A stretch of DNA of 64,000 nucleotides from Heterodontus francisci (lineage: Eukaryota), in NCBI RefSeq assembly GCF_036365525.1, contig NW_027140825.1, positions 1,178,001 through 1,242,000 on the forward strand, in the 5' to 3' direction. Below, one piece after another: positions 25,166 through 37,268 of the stretch. The notes under the pieces were generated by a model, which worked only from the letters and a program-made list of their open reading frames with translations, was not told the origin of the DNA and did no database searches. The stretch's first letter is position 1. Each line of letters begins with the position of its first letter. Both the position numbers and the translations under genes were made by a program.

Positions 25166-25760
25166 GTAGGGAGTGACCTGGAGAATGAAGCATTATTATA
25201 GAGAGTGACCTGGACAATGAGGGATTATTATAGGGAGTGATCTGGAGAATGAGGGATTTTTATAGAGAGAGATCTGGAGAATGAGGGATTATTATAGGGA
25301 GTGATCTGGAGAATGAGGGATTATTATCGAGAGTGATCCAGAGAATGAGGGATTATTATAGAGAGTGATCTGGAGAATGAGGGATTATTATAGAGAGTGA
25401 TCTGGAGAATGAGGGATTTTTATAGAGAGTGATCAGGAGAATGAGGGATTATTATAGGGAGTGATCTGGAGAATGTGGGATTTTAATAGAGAGTGATCTG
25501 GAGAATGAGGGATTATTTTAGAGAGTGATCTGGAGAATGAGGGATTATTATAGAGAGTGACCTGGGGAATGAGGGATTATTGTAGAGAGTTGTCTGGGGA
25601 ATGAGGGATTATTATAGAGAGTGATCTGGAGAATGAGGGATTGTTATAGAGAGTGATCTGGGGAATGAGGGATTGTTATAGAGATTGATCTGGAGAATGA
25701 GGGATTGTTATAGAGAGTGATCTGGAGAATGAGGGATTATTATAGAGAGTGATCTGGGGA
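25166..25760. repeat. 32-bp minisatellite (atagagagtgatctggagaatgagggattatt), ~18 copies
   Basis: Directly visible. Confidence 0.95.
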
Positions 25761-25769
25761 AAGCTGCAT

Positions 25770-28700
25770 TATTAGCTGAAAGCTAGGACGGACAGAGTTG
25801 TTATCTCTGGTTTGTTGCCGGCGCCACGTGATAGTGAGGCTAGGAATAGGGAGAGAGCACAGCTGAACACGTGGCTGCAGGAATGGTGTAGGAGGGAGGG
25901 CTTCCAGTTCTTGGATAATTGGACTGCATTCTGGGGAAGATGGGACCTGTTCAAACAGGACGGGCTGCATCTGAACCAGAGGGGCACCAATATCCTGGGA
26001 GGGAGGTTTGCTAGTACTGTTCGGGAGGGTTTAAACTAGTTTGGGAGGGGGATGGGAACCGGACTTGTAGTCCAGGGACCAGTGGGTCCACTCAGAAAGA
26101 CAAAGAGTGTAGTGAGGTATTGGGGAAGGTAGCACTGTCGCAGAGGACAGATGGGCACGGAGAAGGGTTAAAGTGCGTATACTTCAACGCAAGAAGCATC
26201 AGGAATAAGGTGAGTGAATTGAAGGCGTGGATGGGCACTTGGGACTACGATGTTGTGGCCATCACTGAAACGTGGATAGGTGAGGGGGAGGAATGGTTCT
26301 TGGAGGTACCTGGTTATAGATGTTTTCATAAGATTAGGAATGGTGGTAAAAGAGGTGGGGGGGTGGCATTGTTAGTTAGAAATAGTGTAACAACTGCTGA
26401 AAGAATTTTCGAGGAGGATCTGCCGACTGAGGCACTGTGGGTTGAGGTCAGGAACAGGAAAGGAGCAGTCACCTTGATGGGAGTTTTCTATCGGCCCCCC
26501 AATAGCAGCAGGGTGTGGAAGAGCAGATTGGGAAACAGATTTTGGAAAGGAGCAGAAGTCACAGGGTAGTAATTATGGGGGATTTCAACTTCCCAAATAT
26601 TGATTGGCAACTCTTCAGATCGAATAGTTTGGATGGGGTAGTGTTTGTGCAGTATGTCCAGGAAGCTTTTCTGACTCAGTATGTAGACTGCCCGACCAGA
26701 GGGGAGGCAATATTGGATTTGGTACTAGGTAATGAACCAGGGCAAGTGATAGAGCTGTTGGTGGGCGAGCACTTTGGAGATAGTGATCACAATTCTGTAG
26801 CATTCACTGTGGTAATGGAGAGGGATAGGTATGTGCAACAGGGCAAGGTTTACAATTGGGGGAAGGGTAGATATGATGCTGTCAGGCAGGAACTGAGGAG
26901 CATAAGTTGGGAGCATATGCTGGCAGGGAAGGGCACGGTCGAAATGTGGAACTTTTTCAAGGAGCAGATAGTAGGGGCCATTGATAAGCATGTCCCTGTC
27001 AGACAGGGAAGGGATGGTCATGTGAGGGAACCGTGGTTGACAAGAGAGGTTGAGAGTCTTGTTAGGAAGAAGAAGGATGCGTATATAAGGTTGAGGAAAA
27101 AGGGCACAGGCATAGCTCTGGAGGGATACAAGATGGCCAGGAAGGATCTGAAGAAAGGGATTAGGAGAGCTAAGAGAGGGCATGAAAAATGCTTGGCGGG
27201 TAGGATAAAAGAAAACCCCAAGGCCTTTTACGCGTATGTCAGAAATATGAGGATGACTAGGGGGACCGTAGGTCCGGTCAAGGACAATAGCGGGAGACTG
27301 TGTGTTGAGCCGGAAGAGATAAGTGAGGTTTTGAATGAGTACTTCTCTTCGGTATTTACGAATGAGAAGGGGTGTATTACTGAAGAGGACGGTGTGAAAC
27401 AGACTGGTAAGCTCGAGGAAGTGCTCGTTAGGAGGGAAGATGTGTTGGGGTTTTTGAATAACTTGAAGATAGACAAGTCTCCCGGGCCTGACGGGGTATA
27501 TCCAAGGATGTTATGGGAAGCAAGGGATGAAATTGCAGAGCCGCTGGCAATGATCTTTTCATCTTCTCTGTTGACGGGGGTGGTACCAGGTGATTGGAGG
27601 GTGGCAAATGTTGTGCCCCTGTTCAAGAAAGGGAATAGGAACAACCCTGGGAATTACAGGCCAGTTAGTCTTACTTCGGTGGTAGGCAAGTTGATGGAAA
27701 AGGTGCTGAGGGATAGGATTTCTGAGCATCTGGAAAGACACTGCTTGATTCGGGACAGTCAGCACGGTTTTGTGAGGGGTAGGTCTTGCCTCACAAGCCT
27801 GATTGAATTCTTTGAGCAGGTGACCAAGCAAGTGGATGAGGGTAAACCAGTGGATGTGGTGTACATGGATTTTAGTAAGGCATTTGATAAGGTCCCCCAT
27901 GGTAGACTTATGGAGAAAGTCAGGAGGCATGGGATAGTGGGGAATGTGGCCAGTTAGATTAAGAATTGGCTAACTGATAGAAGGCAGAGAGTGGTCTTAG
28001 ATGGTAAATACTCAGCCTGGAGCCCAGTTACCAGTGGCGTGCCACAGGGATCAGTTCTGGGTCCTCTCCTGTTTGTGATTTTTATTAACGACTTGGATGA
28101 GGAAGTCGAAGGGTGGGTCAGTAAATTTGCAGATGATACAAAGGTTGGTGGAGTTGTGGATACCGAGGAGGGCTATTGTCGTCTGCAAAGGGACTTGGAT
28201 AGGTTGCAGTGCTGGGCTGAAAAGTGGCAGATGGAGTTTAACCCTGAAAAGTGTGAGGTCGTCCATTTTGGAAGGACAAACACGAATGCAAAATACTGGG
28301 TTAACGGTAGGGTTCTTGGGCATGTGGAGGAGCAGAGAGACCTTGGGGTCTATGTGCATAGATCGTTGAAAGTTGCAACTCAAGTGGATAGGGCTGTGAA
28401 GAAGGCATATGGGGTGTTAGCGTTCATTAGCAGAGGGATTGAATTTAAGAGCCGTGAGGTGATGATGCAGCTGTACAGGACCTTGGTAAGGCCTCATTTG
28501 GAGTACTGTGTGCAGTTCTGGTCGCCTCATTTTAGGAAGGATGTGGAAGCCTTGGAGAGGGTGCAGAGGAGATTTACCAGGATGTTGCCTGGAATGGAGA
28601 ATAAGTCTTACGAGGAAAGGCTGAACATTCTAGGCCTCTTCTCATTAGAACGGAGAAGGATGAGGGGTGACATGATAGAGGTTTATAAGATGATCAGGGG

Positions 28701-29030
28701 AATAGATAGGGTAGACAGTCAGAAACTTTTTCCCCGGGTGGAGCAAAGCGTTACAAGGGGTCATAAATTTAAGGTGAAGGGTGGGAGATATAAGGGGGAT
28801 GTCAGGGGAAGGTTCTTTACCCAGAGAGTGGTCGGGGCATGGAATGCCTTGCCTGGGGAAGTTGTTGAGTCAGAAACTTTAGGGACTTTCAAACGGCTTT
28901 TAGATAGGTATATGGATAAAGGAGAATGATGGGGTATAGATTAAATTGTCCTTGACAGAGGACAAAGGATCGGCACAACATCGTGGGCCGAAGGGCCTGT
29001 TCTGTGCTGTATTTTCTATGTATGTTCTAT
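25770..29030 (+). mobile_element. CR1 LINE, 5'-truncated in ORF1; ORF2 (APE endonuclease + RT) near complete with one frameshift (~26515) and one TAG (27955)
   Basis: ORF1 SGNH-esterase end (DGLHLN), YFNARS, ITETW, GDFN, SDH, NYRPVSLTS, YMDFSKAFD, VPQGSVLGP, KFADDTK; tail ttctatgtatgttctat. Confidence 0.95.
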
Positions 29031-29139
29031 ATTAACAGAATAAAATGGAAGTAGATAGATTTCTAGAGTAATAGAATGATTTGCACTGTTTTCCTGGGAC
29101 TCTCTGATCTGCTATTGCCTCCTGTAGTGAGACTGTTTA

Positions 29140-31182
29140 CTAGATACAGTAGCCCCCAGGGTGGGTGCAGTCCTGACACTGTATTTGGCTGTTGGTCCCA
29201 TCACACTTTCTGATGTGAAAGCCTGCCTGGGTAACTTGTCCCAGCTTGTTTCGAACTGTGGGGATCTTATTTCTATTATTGTCGTATCGGTACAATGTAC
29301 TGAAGACAAAATACTTCTGAACCTGCGGGCCAGCCCATGGGTGGCTAAAGGGTGCCTGGCCTAACGCGGCGAGGATGTCACAATTCTCATTGCCACTGAA
29401 GCAGCTCTGGATGCAGGGGGTGTAGGTGGTGTAGAGAATGACACAGCCAACCTGCAGCCCCTGGTTATTGATGCTATTCTGAAGCAGCCGAGCTGCACTG
29501 TCAGTCTGCCCATAGCGTTGATCCTCCTGAGTGAAGTGTAACAGTTTATTCTCTGAGCAGCGACTTCCTGTGTTGGGGTAAACTGCGATGTAGTTTACTG
29601 ATCGACTGTTCAGGAAGTAATTCACACCGCCACGAATAACCGGTCTTCCTGTATCAGAGGGTCTGAATTGTACATTCTGATTGATATTGGCACCGGTGCA
29701 TTGTTGAGGAGTTAACACCATCAGGAAGGCGAACTGTCCTCCCCCAGTCGTACTGCTGGGCTGGTGGCCAGACACTTGTCGGAATCTGAAAGGGACAAAC
29801 ACAAAGTGAGAGTCAAGGTAGGAATTGTGAATGAAATTCTCCTTGTGCCAGGTCAGTATGATGTGGATTATGGTCACCTGCCTATTTAATACCATACCTC
29901 ATGATGGAAGGAGGGAAACTGGGAGTTTGAGTCAGAGAGTCAAAGAGTTACACAGCACAGAAACAGGCCCTTCGGCCCATCGTGTCTGTGCCAGCCATCA
30001 AGCACCTAACTATTCTAATCCTATTTCCCAGCACTTGGCCCGTAGTCTTGTATGCTGTGGCATTTCAATAAATTTGGTCATTAATTTACGACATTGGAAA
30101 GGACGGGACCGAATGAACTCATTCCAATGAAACAGAGATGGAAAGAGGGATGGGAACAAGAGCAAGGGAGAAACAAAGAGGTGGAGAGATGGATGGAGGG
30201 AGGGAGACAGAGAATGTGATAGAGGGAGGGTAGAAGACAGCAGGAGAGACAGAGATGGAGAGAAGAAACAAAGCGAGGGAAAGGAAGAGTTCTGGAGACA
30301 AGTACATAGAAACAGATAGAGACAGAAAAAGGAAGAACAAGATGGAGACAGATACAGATAGAGACAGAGAGAGGGAACAGAGGCAGTGATAAACTGAAAA
30401 AGGATAAAGTAATAGAGACAGAGATGAGAGAGATAGACAGGCCGTCGAGCATGGAGAGGGACAAGTGACAGGAGAAATACAGTGAGAGATTAACAGCAAC
30501 ACAAACCAAGAGATAAATAGAATGGAAGACATAGAGAGAGAAAGAGATAGACACAGGGCAACAGGGAGAGAGAGCGAGAGGGGGAGAGGAGCGAGGTCAG
30601 TGAGCGAGGTCAGTGAGCGGGGTCAGTGAGTGGGGTCAGTGAGTGGGGTCAGTGAGAGGGGTCAGTGAGTGGGGTCAGTGAGTGGGGTCAGTGAGAGGGG
30701 TCAGTGAGAGGGGTCAGTGAGAGGGGTCAGTGGGTGGGGTCAGTGAGTGGGGTCAGTGAGTGGGGGCAGTGAGTGGGGTCAGTGAGTGCGGTATGTAAGT
30801 GGGGTCAGTGAGTGGGGTCAGTGAGTGGGGTCAGTGAGCGGGGTCAGTGAGTGGGGTCAGTGAGTCAGATTATTGATGAAGTGACATGTCTCACTCTGAG
30901 TCCTTTCTCGCTCACCTTCCCCTCTCTGTAGTTCCATGTTATTTTAATTTAACTGGACTCTGCCCTGTTCCCCCTCATCACTTTGACAGAGCGGAGACTC
31001 ATGCCAGGAGAGTAGACCTGGGCCATTCTCACAGCCTAACCCTGTCAGTGAATGGTGAAAGGCCTGGGCAGGATGAACACTTACTGTGAGACAATTCCAG
31101 CCAAGACATTGTCATTTAGTGCAGCCGCATCTGACTCGGGGACCCAGAACAGCACCAACAGGAACAAGCAGAGAGTCCGCAT
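29140..31182 (-). CDS. Secreted novel AID/APOBEC-like deaminase (SNAD family, SNAD1-like), 247 aa; coding exons 31182-31085 and 29785-29140
   Basis: Signal-peptide exon MRTLCLFLLVLFWVPESDAAALNDNVLAGIVS (gtaagt donor, phase 2) joins in phase to the tttcag acceptor. Product has GQFAF..C, CSE(N)KLL (HxE position), LYTTYTPCIQSC (PCxxxC), FVFSTLY and a Cys-rich tail RKC..CQDC..YC*. An acceptor at 31211-31212 implies an upstream non-coding exon. Confidence 0.85.
30590..30868. repeat. 13-bp tandem repeat (ggtcagtgagtgg), ~21 copies, in the deaminase intron
   Basis: Directly visible. Confidence 0.95.
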
Positions 31183-31660
31183 CGTGGGATCTTCCTGCCC
31201 ACTCCAAATCCTGAAAGAGGGAACAAAGGGAGGAGGTCATCAATGGGACAGAATTTCTAATCGAAGACCCAGTCAGTGTGAGAGAGACAGAGCGAGAGAG
31301 AGAGAGGGTGACAAAGATAGAGAGCGATAGATAGAGAGCAACTGAGAGAGACGGAGAGAGAGATAGATAGAGAGCAAGTGATAGAAATTTAGAGAGACAG
31401 ACAGAGAGAGAGAGAAAGATAAAGAGCAAGTGAGAAAGACAGAGAGAGAGAGACGGAGAGAGAGCAAGAGAGACAGAGAGCAAGTGATATAAACTTAGAG
31501 AAAGACAGAGAGAGAGAGAGTGACAAAGATAGAGAGAGAAAGATAGAAAGATAGAGGGAGAGAGAGGCAAAGAGAGAGAGATAGCAAGCGCGACAGAGAC
31601 AGAGAAAGACATCGACAGACAGAAAGAGAGCGACAGAGAGCGACAGAGAGAGAGCAAGTG

Positions 31661-31697
<37 letters not shown>

Positions 31698-31934
31698 CGG
31701 ACAGAGAGAAAGATGGATAGAGCAAGAGACGGAAAGAGAGAGAGAGAGGAAGAGAGAGAGACAGACAAAAGTGACAGTGACCGATTCTTTCCAGAGCTGC
31801 CTTTTTAAGATAAATGTTTATTACCTCCCGCCTCTGCTGGGAAAGAGGGATTTTCTACACTGTAGTGACCGGCAATGACTACTTCACACCTTCTTTATTT
31901 CTGTAGAACCCATTCAATTCTGGAATGTTTTATA

Positions 31935-32595
31935 GAGATAGGGAGAGTTGCAGGGCCTGGAAGAGGTTACCAAGGTAGGGAGTGTTGAAGTTGCTGGAGG
32001 ATATACAGAGATAGGGAGAGTTGCAGTTGCTGGAGGAGGTTACAGAGAGAGTGATGGTTGTCGGGGCTGGAGGAGGTTACAGAGATAGGGTGGGATGTAG
32101 CGGTTGGAGGGGATTACAGAGAGAGTGATGGTTGTAGGCACTGGAGGGGGTTACAGAGATAGGGTGGGTTGCAGGGGCTGGAGGCGATTACAGAGAGAGT
32201 GATGGTTGCAGGGACTGGAGGAGGTTACAGAGATAGGGTGGGATGTAGGGGCTGGAGGCGATTACAGAGAGAGTGATGGTTGTAGGCACTGGAGGAGGTT
32301 ACAGAGATACGGTGGGATGCAGGGGCTGGAGGCGATGACAGAGAGAGTGATGGTTGTCGGCACTGGAGGAGGTTACAGAGATAGGGAGGGTTGTAGGGAC
32401 TGGAGGAGGTTACAGAGATAGGGAGGGTTGTAGGGACTGGAGAAGGTTACAGAGATAGGGAGGATTGTAGGGGCTGGAGGAGGTTCCAGAGACAGGAAAG
32501 CTTGTCGGCGCTAGAGGAGATTACAGAGGCAGGAAGGGTTGCAGGGGCTGGAGGAAGTTACAGAGAATGGGAGGATTGAAGGGGCTGGAGGAGAT
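31935..32595. repeat. ~36-bp minisatellite (ggggctggaggaggttacagagatagggagggttgta)
   Basis: Reverse complement of the 6505-7160 family. Confidence 0.9.
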
Positions 32596-32644
32596 TGCTG
32601 CACAGTTAGTACAGAGGCAGCGATTCTCTGTCAAAGAGTCGAAA

Positions 32645-33325
32645 CTGAGGGAGTGCCGCACTGTCGGAGGGTCAGTAATGAGGGAGTGCCGCACTGTCGG
32701 AGGGTCAGTACTGAGGGAGTGCCGCACTGTCGGAGGGTCAGTACTGATGGAATGCTGCACTGTCAGAGGGTCAGTACTGAGGGAGTGCGGCACTGTCGGA
32801 GGGTCAGTACTGAGGCAGCGCCGCACTGTCGGAGGGTCAGTACTGAGGGAGCACCACACTACCAAAGGGTCAGTACTGAGGGAGTGCTGCACTGTCGGAG
32901 GGTCAGTACTGAGGCAGCGCCGCACTTTTGGAGGGTCAGTACTGAGGGAGCGCCTCACTGTCGGAGGGTCAGGGCTGAGGCAATGCCGCACCATTGGAAG
33001 GTCAGTACTGAGGGAGCACTGCGCTGTTGGAGGTTCAGTACTGAGGGAGAGCCGCACTGTTGGAGGGTCAGTACTGGGGGAGTGCTGCACTGTTGGAGGG
33101 TCAGTACTGAGGGAGTGCTGCACTATTGGAGGGTCAGTACTGAGGGAGTGCTGCACTGTTGGAGGGTCAGTACTGAGGGAGTGCTGCACTGTTGGAGGGT
33201 CAGTACTGAGGGAGTGCCTCACTTTTGGAGGGTCAGTACTGAGGGAGTGCTGCACTGTTGGAGGGTCAGTACTGAGGGAGTGCTGCACTTTCGGATGGTC
33301 AGTACTGAGAGAGTGCTGCTCCATG
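32645..33325. repeat. 33-bp minisatellite (gagggagtgctgcactgtcggagggtcagtact), resembling the Deu-SINE core
   Basis: ~20 tandem units; a related unit occurs in the introns at 50695-50900, 53120-53290 and 55328-55535. Confidence 0.9.
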
Positions 33326-36300
33326 CCAGGGTTACCCGCATCCCAAGAATACATTTTACTATTCTCTACATGTCCTTATACAATGTCATCTACGATCAGC
33401 TGGCACCATGAAATATTTCACCCATTTTCTCTGTGATTATAATTTATACTTTACCTTCGATCAGTCTCTGCTGCTTCGAACACCAACAGTTGGCAGTCCA
33501 ATGTTCACAATGTACGTCTGACAGGATGACAAACACACTGTGATTTAAGTTCAACTCCTGTTGAATTAACCGCTGCCAAAATAAACCTGAGCAGATCCAC
33601 CAGACGCTTTCTAAGTCACAAGTGGGCTGTGATGAAAAGGGGTCAAGGATCTACCACAATTCTGGGAAACTCTGACTAAACCCCATGTGGAGTTAACACA
33701 TTCAGTTCTGCACACCAAAGCTCAGAAAGCATCGTCCTTGGAGGGGTTGCTGTTTAGGTTCACTACAATGATACCTGAGCAGAAGTAGTTCAATGATCAG
33801 GACATTTTGGAGAAACTAGACTGGCATTCCCTTCAGTATAAAACAATAAAGTGTCATCTAATTTATTTCAGCAGATATGGAGAAACTATTGGCTCTCGTG
33901 CCGTTTACAGATCATATAAGGTTAAGCTCAACATTTGAGCACGGCCATTCAGCAATGATGTCAGGAATGGCTCTGTCACTGAACCCCCTCACTGTCCATA
34001 CACAGAGCAGAGGGAGGAGTGTGAGAAGGAGGGGGAATGGAAAGGCGGAGGGTAGTAGAGAAAGGGAGAACAGGATGGGCAGGGGAACACAGAATCCATT
34101 AAATAGCTGCAGGAGCAGGCCATTCAGCCCCTCGAGCCTGCTTCACCATTCAATAGGATCACAGCTACTCCTCAACCTCGACTCTACCTTCTTACCCAAT
34201 CCTCATATCCCTGGATTCTCTCTGAATCCAAAAATCTATCAATCTCGGTCTTCACTTTCCTCAACGAGTGAGCATCCACAGTTCTCATTGGTAGAGAATT
34301 CCAAAGATTCACAACCCACTGAGTGAAGACATTTCTACTCATCTCATTCCCAAATGGCCAACCCCTTATCCTGAAATTGTGACTCTCTATCCCAGGGGAA
34401 AGGTACTCTTAGCATCCACCACACCCTAACAATTGTCTATGTTTCAAAGAGATATCCTCGCATTGTTTTAAACTATGGGGAACATAAACCCAGACCTCTC
34501 AACCACTGCTCATAAAATAATCCCGAAATCCCAGGAATCATCCGAGTGAACCTTCATTGAACTCACTCAAATGTATGTATAGCATTCCTCAAATAAGGAG
34601 ACCAAAACTGTACACAGTACTCCCGGAACCTGTACAACTGCAGTGTGGGAAGAATGATGCTCCGATAGTGAAGCTCTCCCTCAGCACTGCTTCCCGAGAG
34701 TACATCACCCTCTCCTTACTGCACCTCCGATGGTGCTGTAATCTCCCAGTAGGGCCCCGCTCCAGTTTAATATAGCGCCCCTTTATTTTTTCTTTAGCTG
34801 GGGTTCGTTGCTGCAACCAGCAGGCAGCACCTCCAATCAAGCAACAACCAACCCCGCTTTCTCTTCTTTTTTTATGGGAACAGCGGAGAGGGAGCTTTAT
34901 TCTGTATCTAACTCCGTTTGTTTTTAAAGGAAGCCTTTATACCCCAGGCCCCTTTTATATATTATTTGTCGAGGGGGCCTTTATTCTCCAGGCCCCCTTA
35001 GAGTGCCCCTCACAACACAGTGTTCATTCAGTATTGTCTCTCCGAGAGTGATGTGTCTCTATGTATGGCCCCTGAACAGTTAACAAGGCCTGAGTTAATT
35101 GGTGACAGCAAACAAGAAGGGGTAAAAGGGTCAATTGTATTTTGCTGACAGCACTGAGGTTTTATTTACCTGGTGTCTGATTGGTTCAATGAGAGGCGTT
35201 TACATGTGGTGCAAATAAACTTTGGAAAGTCGTTGGAAAAGTGCCAACATATTAAAGTGAAGCGCTCCCTCAGTACAGATACACAAAAACAGACACAAAC
35301 ATGCAGATATACACACACACAGAGACACACCAACAAACATGCAGACAATATCTCAGAGGGGTGTTGGGCTGGAGGTGGTTCAGAGCCAGTGAAGGCCGAA
35401 GCCAATGAGGGATTTGAGTCTGAGGTTGAGAAATCTACACCCGAGCCAGCAGTGGACTGGGAGCTGCAGGGTGACCGTTTTTTGGGACAATAAGAGACGC
35501 TTAGAATAAAACTCAGAAACAAAATGTAGAGACACTGGCGAAGATGCAAGGAATGCCCTCCTTCTGTATTGGAAAGCTTTCTATCTTTCTATTAATGATT
35601 AACAAGGATGATACTGGAACTGAAAGGTTGTAATTATCAGAAGAGAATATCAGTAAAAAGATACAGGTTTTAACCACTATCAGAGTGTCTTCTTTCCCTG
35701 GGATGAGGAAAATGTTTATCAGGAACACAATAAACAGGAGGAGGCCATTCAGCCCCTCTGGATCCAACACACCCACACATTTCTCCTATCCTCCATACAA
35801 ATGTTCCCTGCACCCTCCCATCGAGGTAAAGCTGAAACGAGCTGTCCGTTTTCGAATGTGGGGAGGCGGGGGTGTGGGGGGGTGGAGGGTGGGGTCTTGT
35901 TTTTACATATAGTGAGGGGGGAAAGGATGTAGGAGGGAACTGCAGGACGACATTCCTAAGAAAAGACAGGTTACAGTGACAGTGAGAGATTAGAGATATA
36001 GGCACTGGAGAAAGGGGCAAAGGACGATTAATCACGATGTCACCAGAACTGAGATTCACTGCAACTATTCACTATCAGGAAGCAATGACAATAAGCTGGG
36101 TTTTTATGCACTGAACCTGTGTTTACCTTCTCCACAGGGACAGCAGAGGAAGTGGGACCGGAGGGCTGTAGGACCATGTAACAGACAATGGCTTTGAGAA
36201 GGATTTAGTGAGAAAACTGAAAGAGCAGGAGACCACGCCGATCCAGCTTGATACACATCAACAGGACAAGGACACCCACTTAATTAGAGTGAGAAAGAGA

Positions 36301-36777
36301 GTGTGTGTGTGTGACAGAGAGAGAGATGTAGTGAGAGAGTGGAAAGAGAGAGGAAAAATGACAGACAGAGTTAAAGAGACTGAGACAGAAAGGTAGACAG
36401 AGATAGAGGCAAAGACAGCGAGACAGCAAGAGACACATAATTACAGAGAGAGAGAGAGAGAGAGTGGGACACTGAGGAGAGACTGAGACAAAGAGACTGA
36501 GATAGATAGGGAGACAGTGCTCGAGAGAGAGAGATGGAGTGATAGAGAAAGAGAGTGAAGGTAGACTGAGAGACAAAGAGAGAGAGAGAAAGACATTGGC
36601 AACAAATTTGATTGTGATTTGTTGACCTGGGGAATGGGCGTCTCCAACATTCTATCACTTCCTAATGCTCTTCATGTTCCTCCCAATGATTTGCAAAGAG
36701 TGAATTTGGACCCTCACAAGACTTTAACCTCCTGCTCTCACTCCTGTGTTTAGTAAGAGAACAAGTTGTAGTGAAAG

Positions 36778-37229
36778 ATGTATCAGTTACTGGGTCTGAT
36801 AATCCTGTTTCATTGTAAGTGAGTGTGAAATACAAAGATATCGTTAATAACTTTCCTTTCCTCTCTCTGTCTCCCTTTCATTCCAAGAAGTTCCCTATTT
36901 AATGATCTCCTCCTCTCTCCATCTCTCTCCCAGATGTGAACTCACAGACAATCCACCAGATTCGTGCCGCTGTCTCCAGATTGCGTGGAGAAGCAGTGGA
37001 ACTGAGGTGCACCGTGCAGGGCACCAGTACTGATAGAATGTGCTGGTACAGACAATACCTGGGGAAGGAGCCGCTGTTGATGTTTTATTCCAATACTGCT
37101 AACTATGTGGATCCAGAGGGGACGGTGGACGGTTTCACCGCCGGGAGACCGAGGAATTCCGAGTTCAACCAGGAGTCCTCCAGCCTGTGGGAGAATCACT
37201 CGGTCGTGTATTTCTGTGCCTGGAGAGAT
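36778..37229 (+). CDS. TRBV: TRBV segment, family A, open frame but weak RSS (leader 36778-36814, V exon 36934-37229)
   Basis: MYQLLGLIILFH|YVNSQTIHQ..LRCTV..MCWYRQYLGKEP..VYFCAWRD; framework Leu replaced by Gln (FNQES). Confidence 0.85.
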
Positions 37230-37268
37230 CACAGTGACTCAGAGAGATGGAGCAGTTCATCGAAGACA
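37230..37268 (+). other. 23-RSS, degenerate nonamer
   Basis: CACAGTG-23-TCGAAGACA. Confidence 0.75.

Noticed and set aside
29786-29895. N-terminus of the 251-aa ORF (MVLNRQ...) as the deaminase start
   Set aside because: It lies upstream of a clear tttcag acceptor; the phase-compatible signal-peptide exon at 31182-31085 is a much better start
32521-33436. ~280-290 aa repetitive ORFs on both strands
   Set aside because: Artefact of a 33-bp (11-codon) minisatellite
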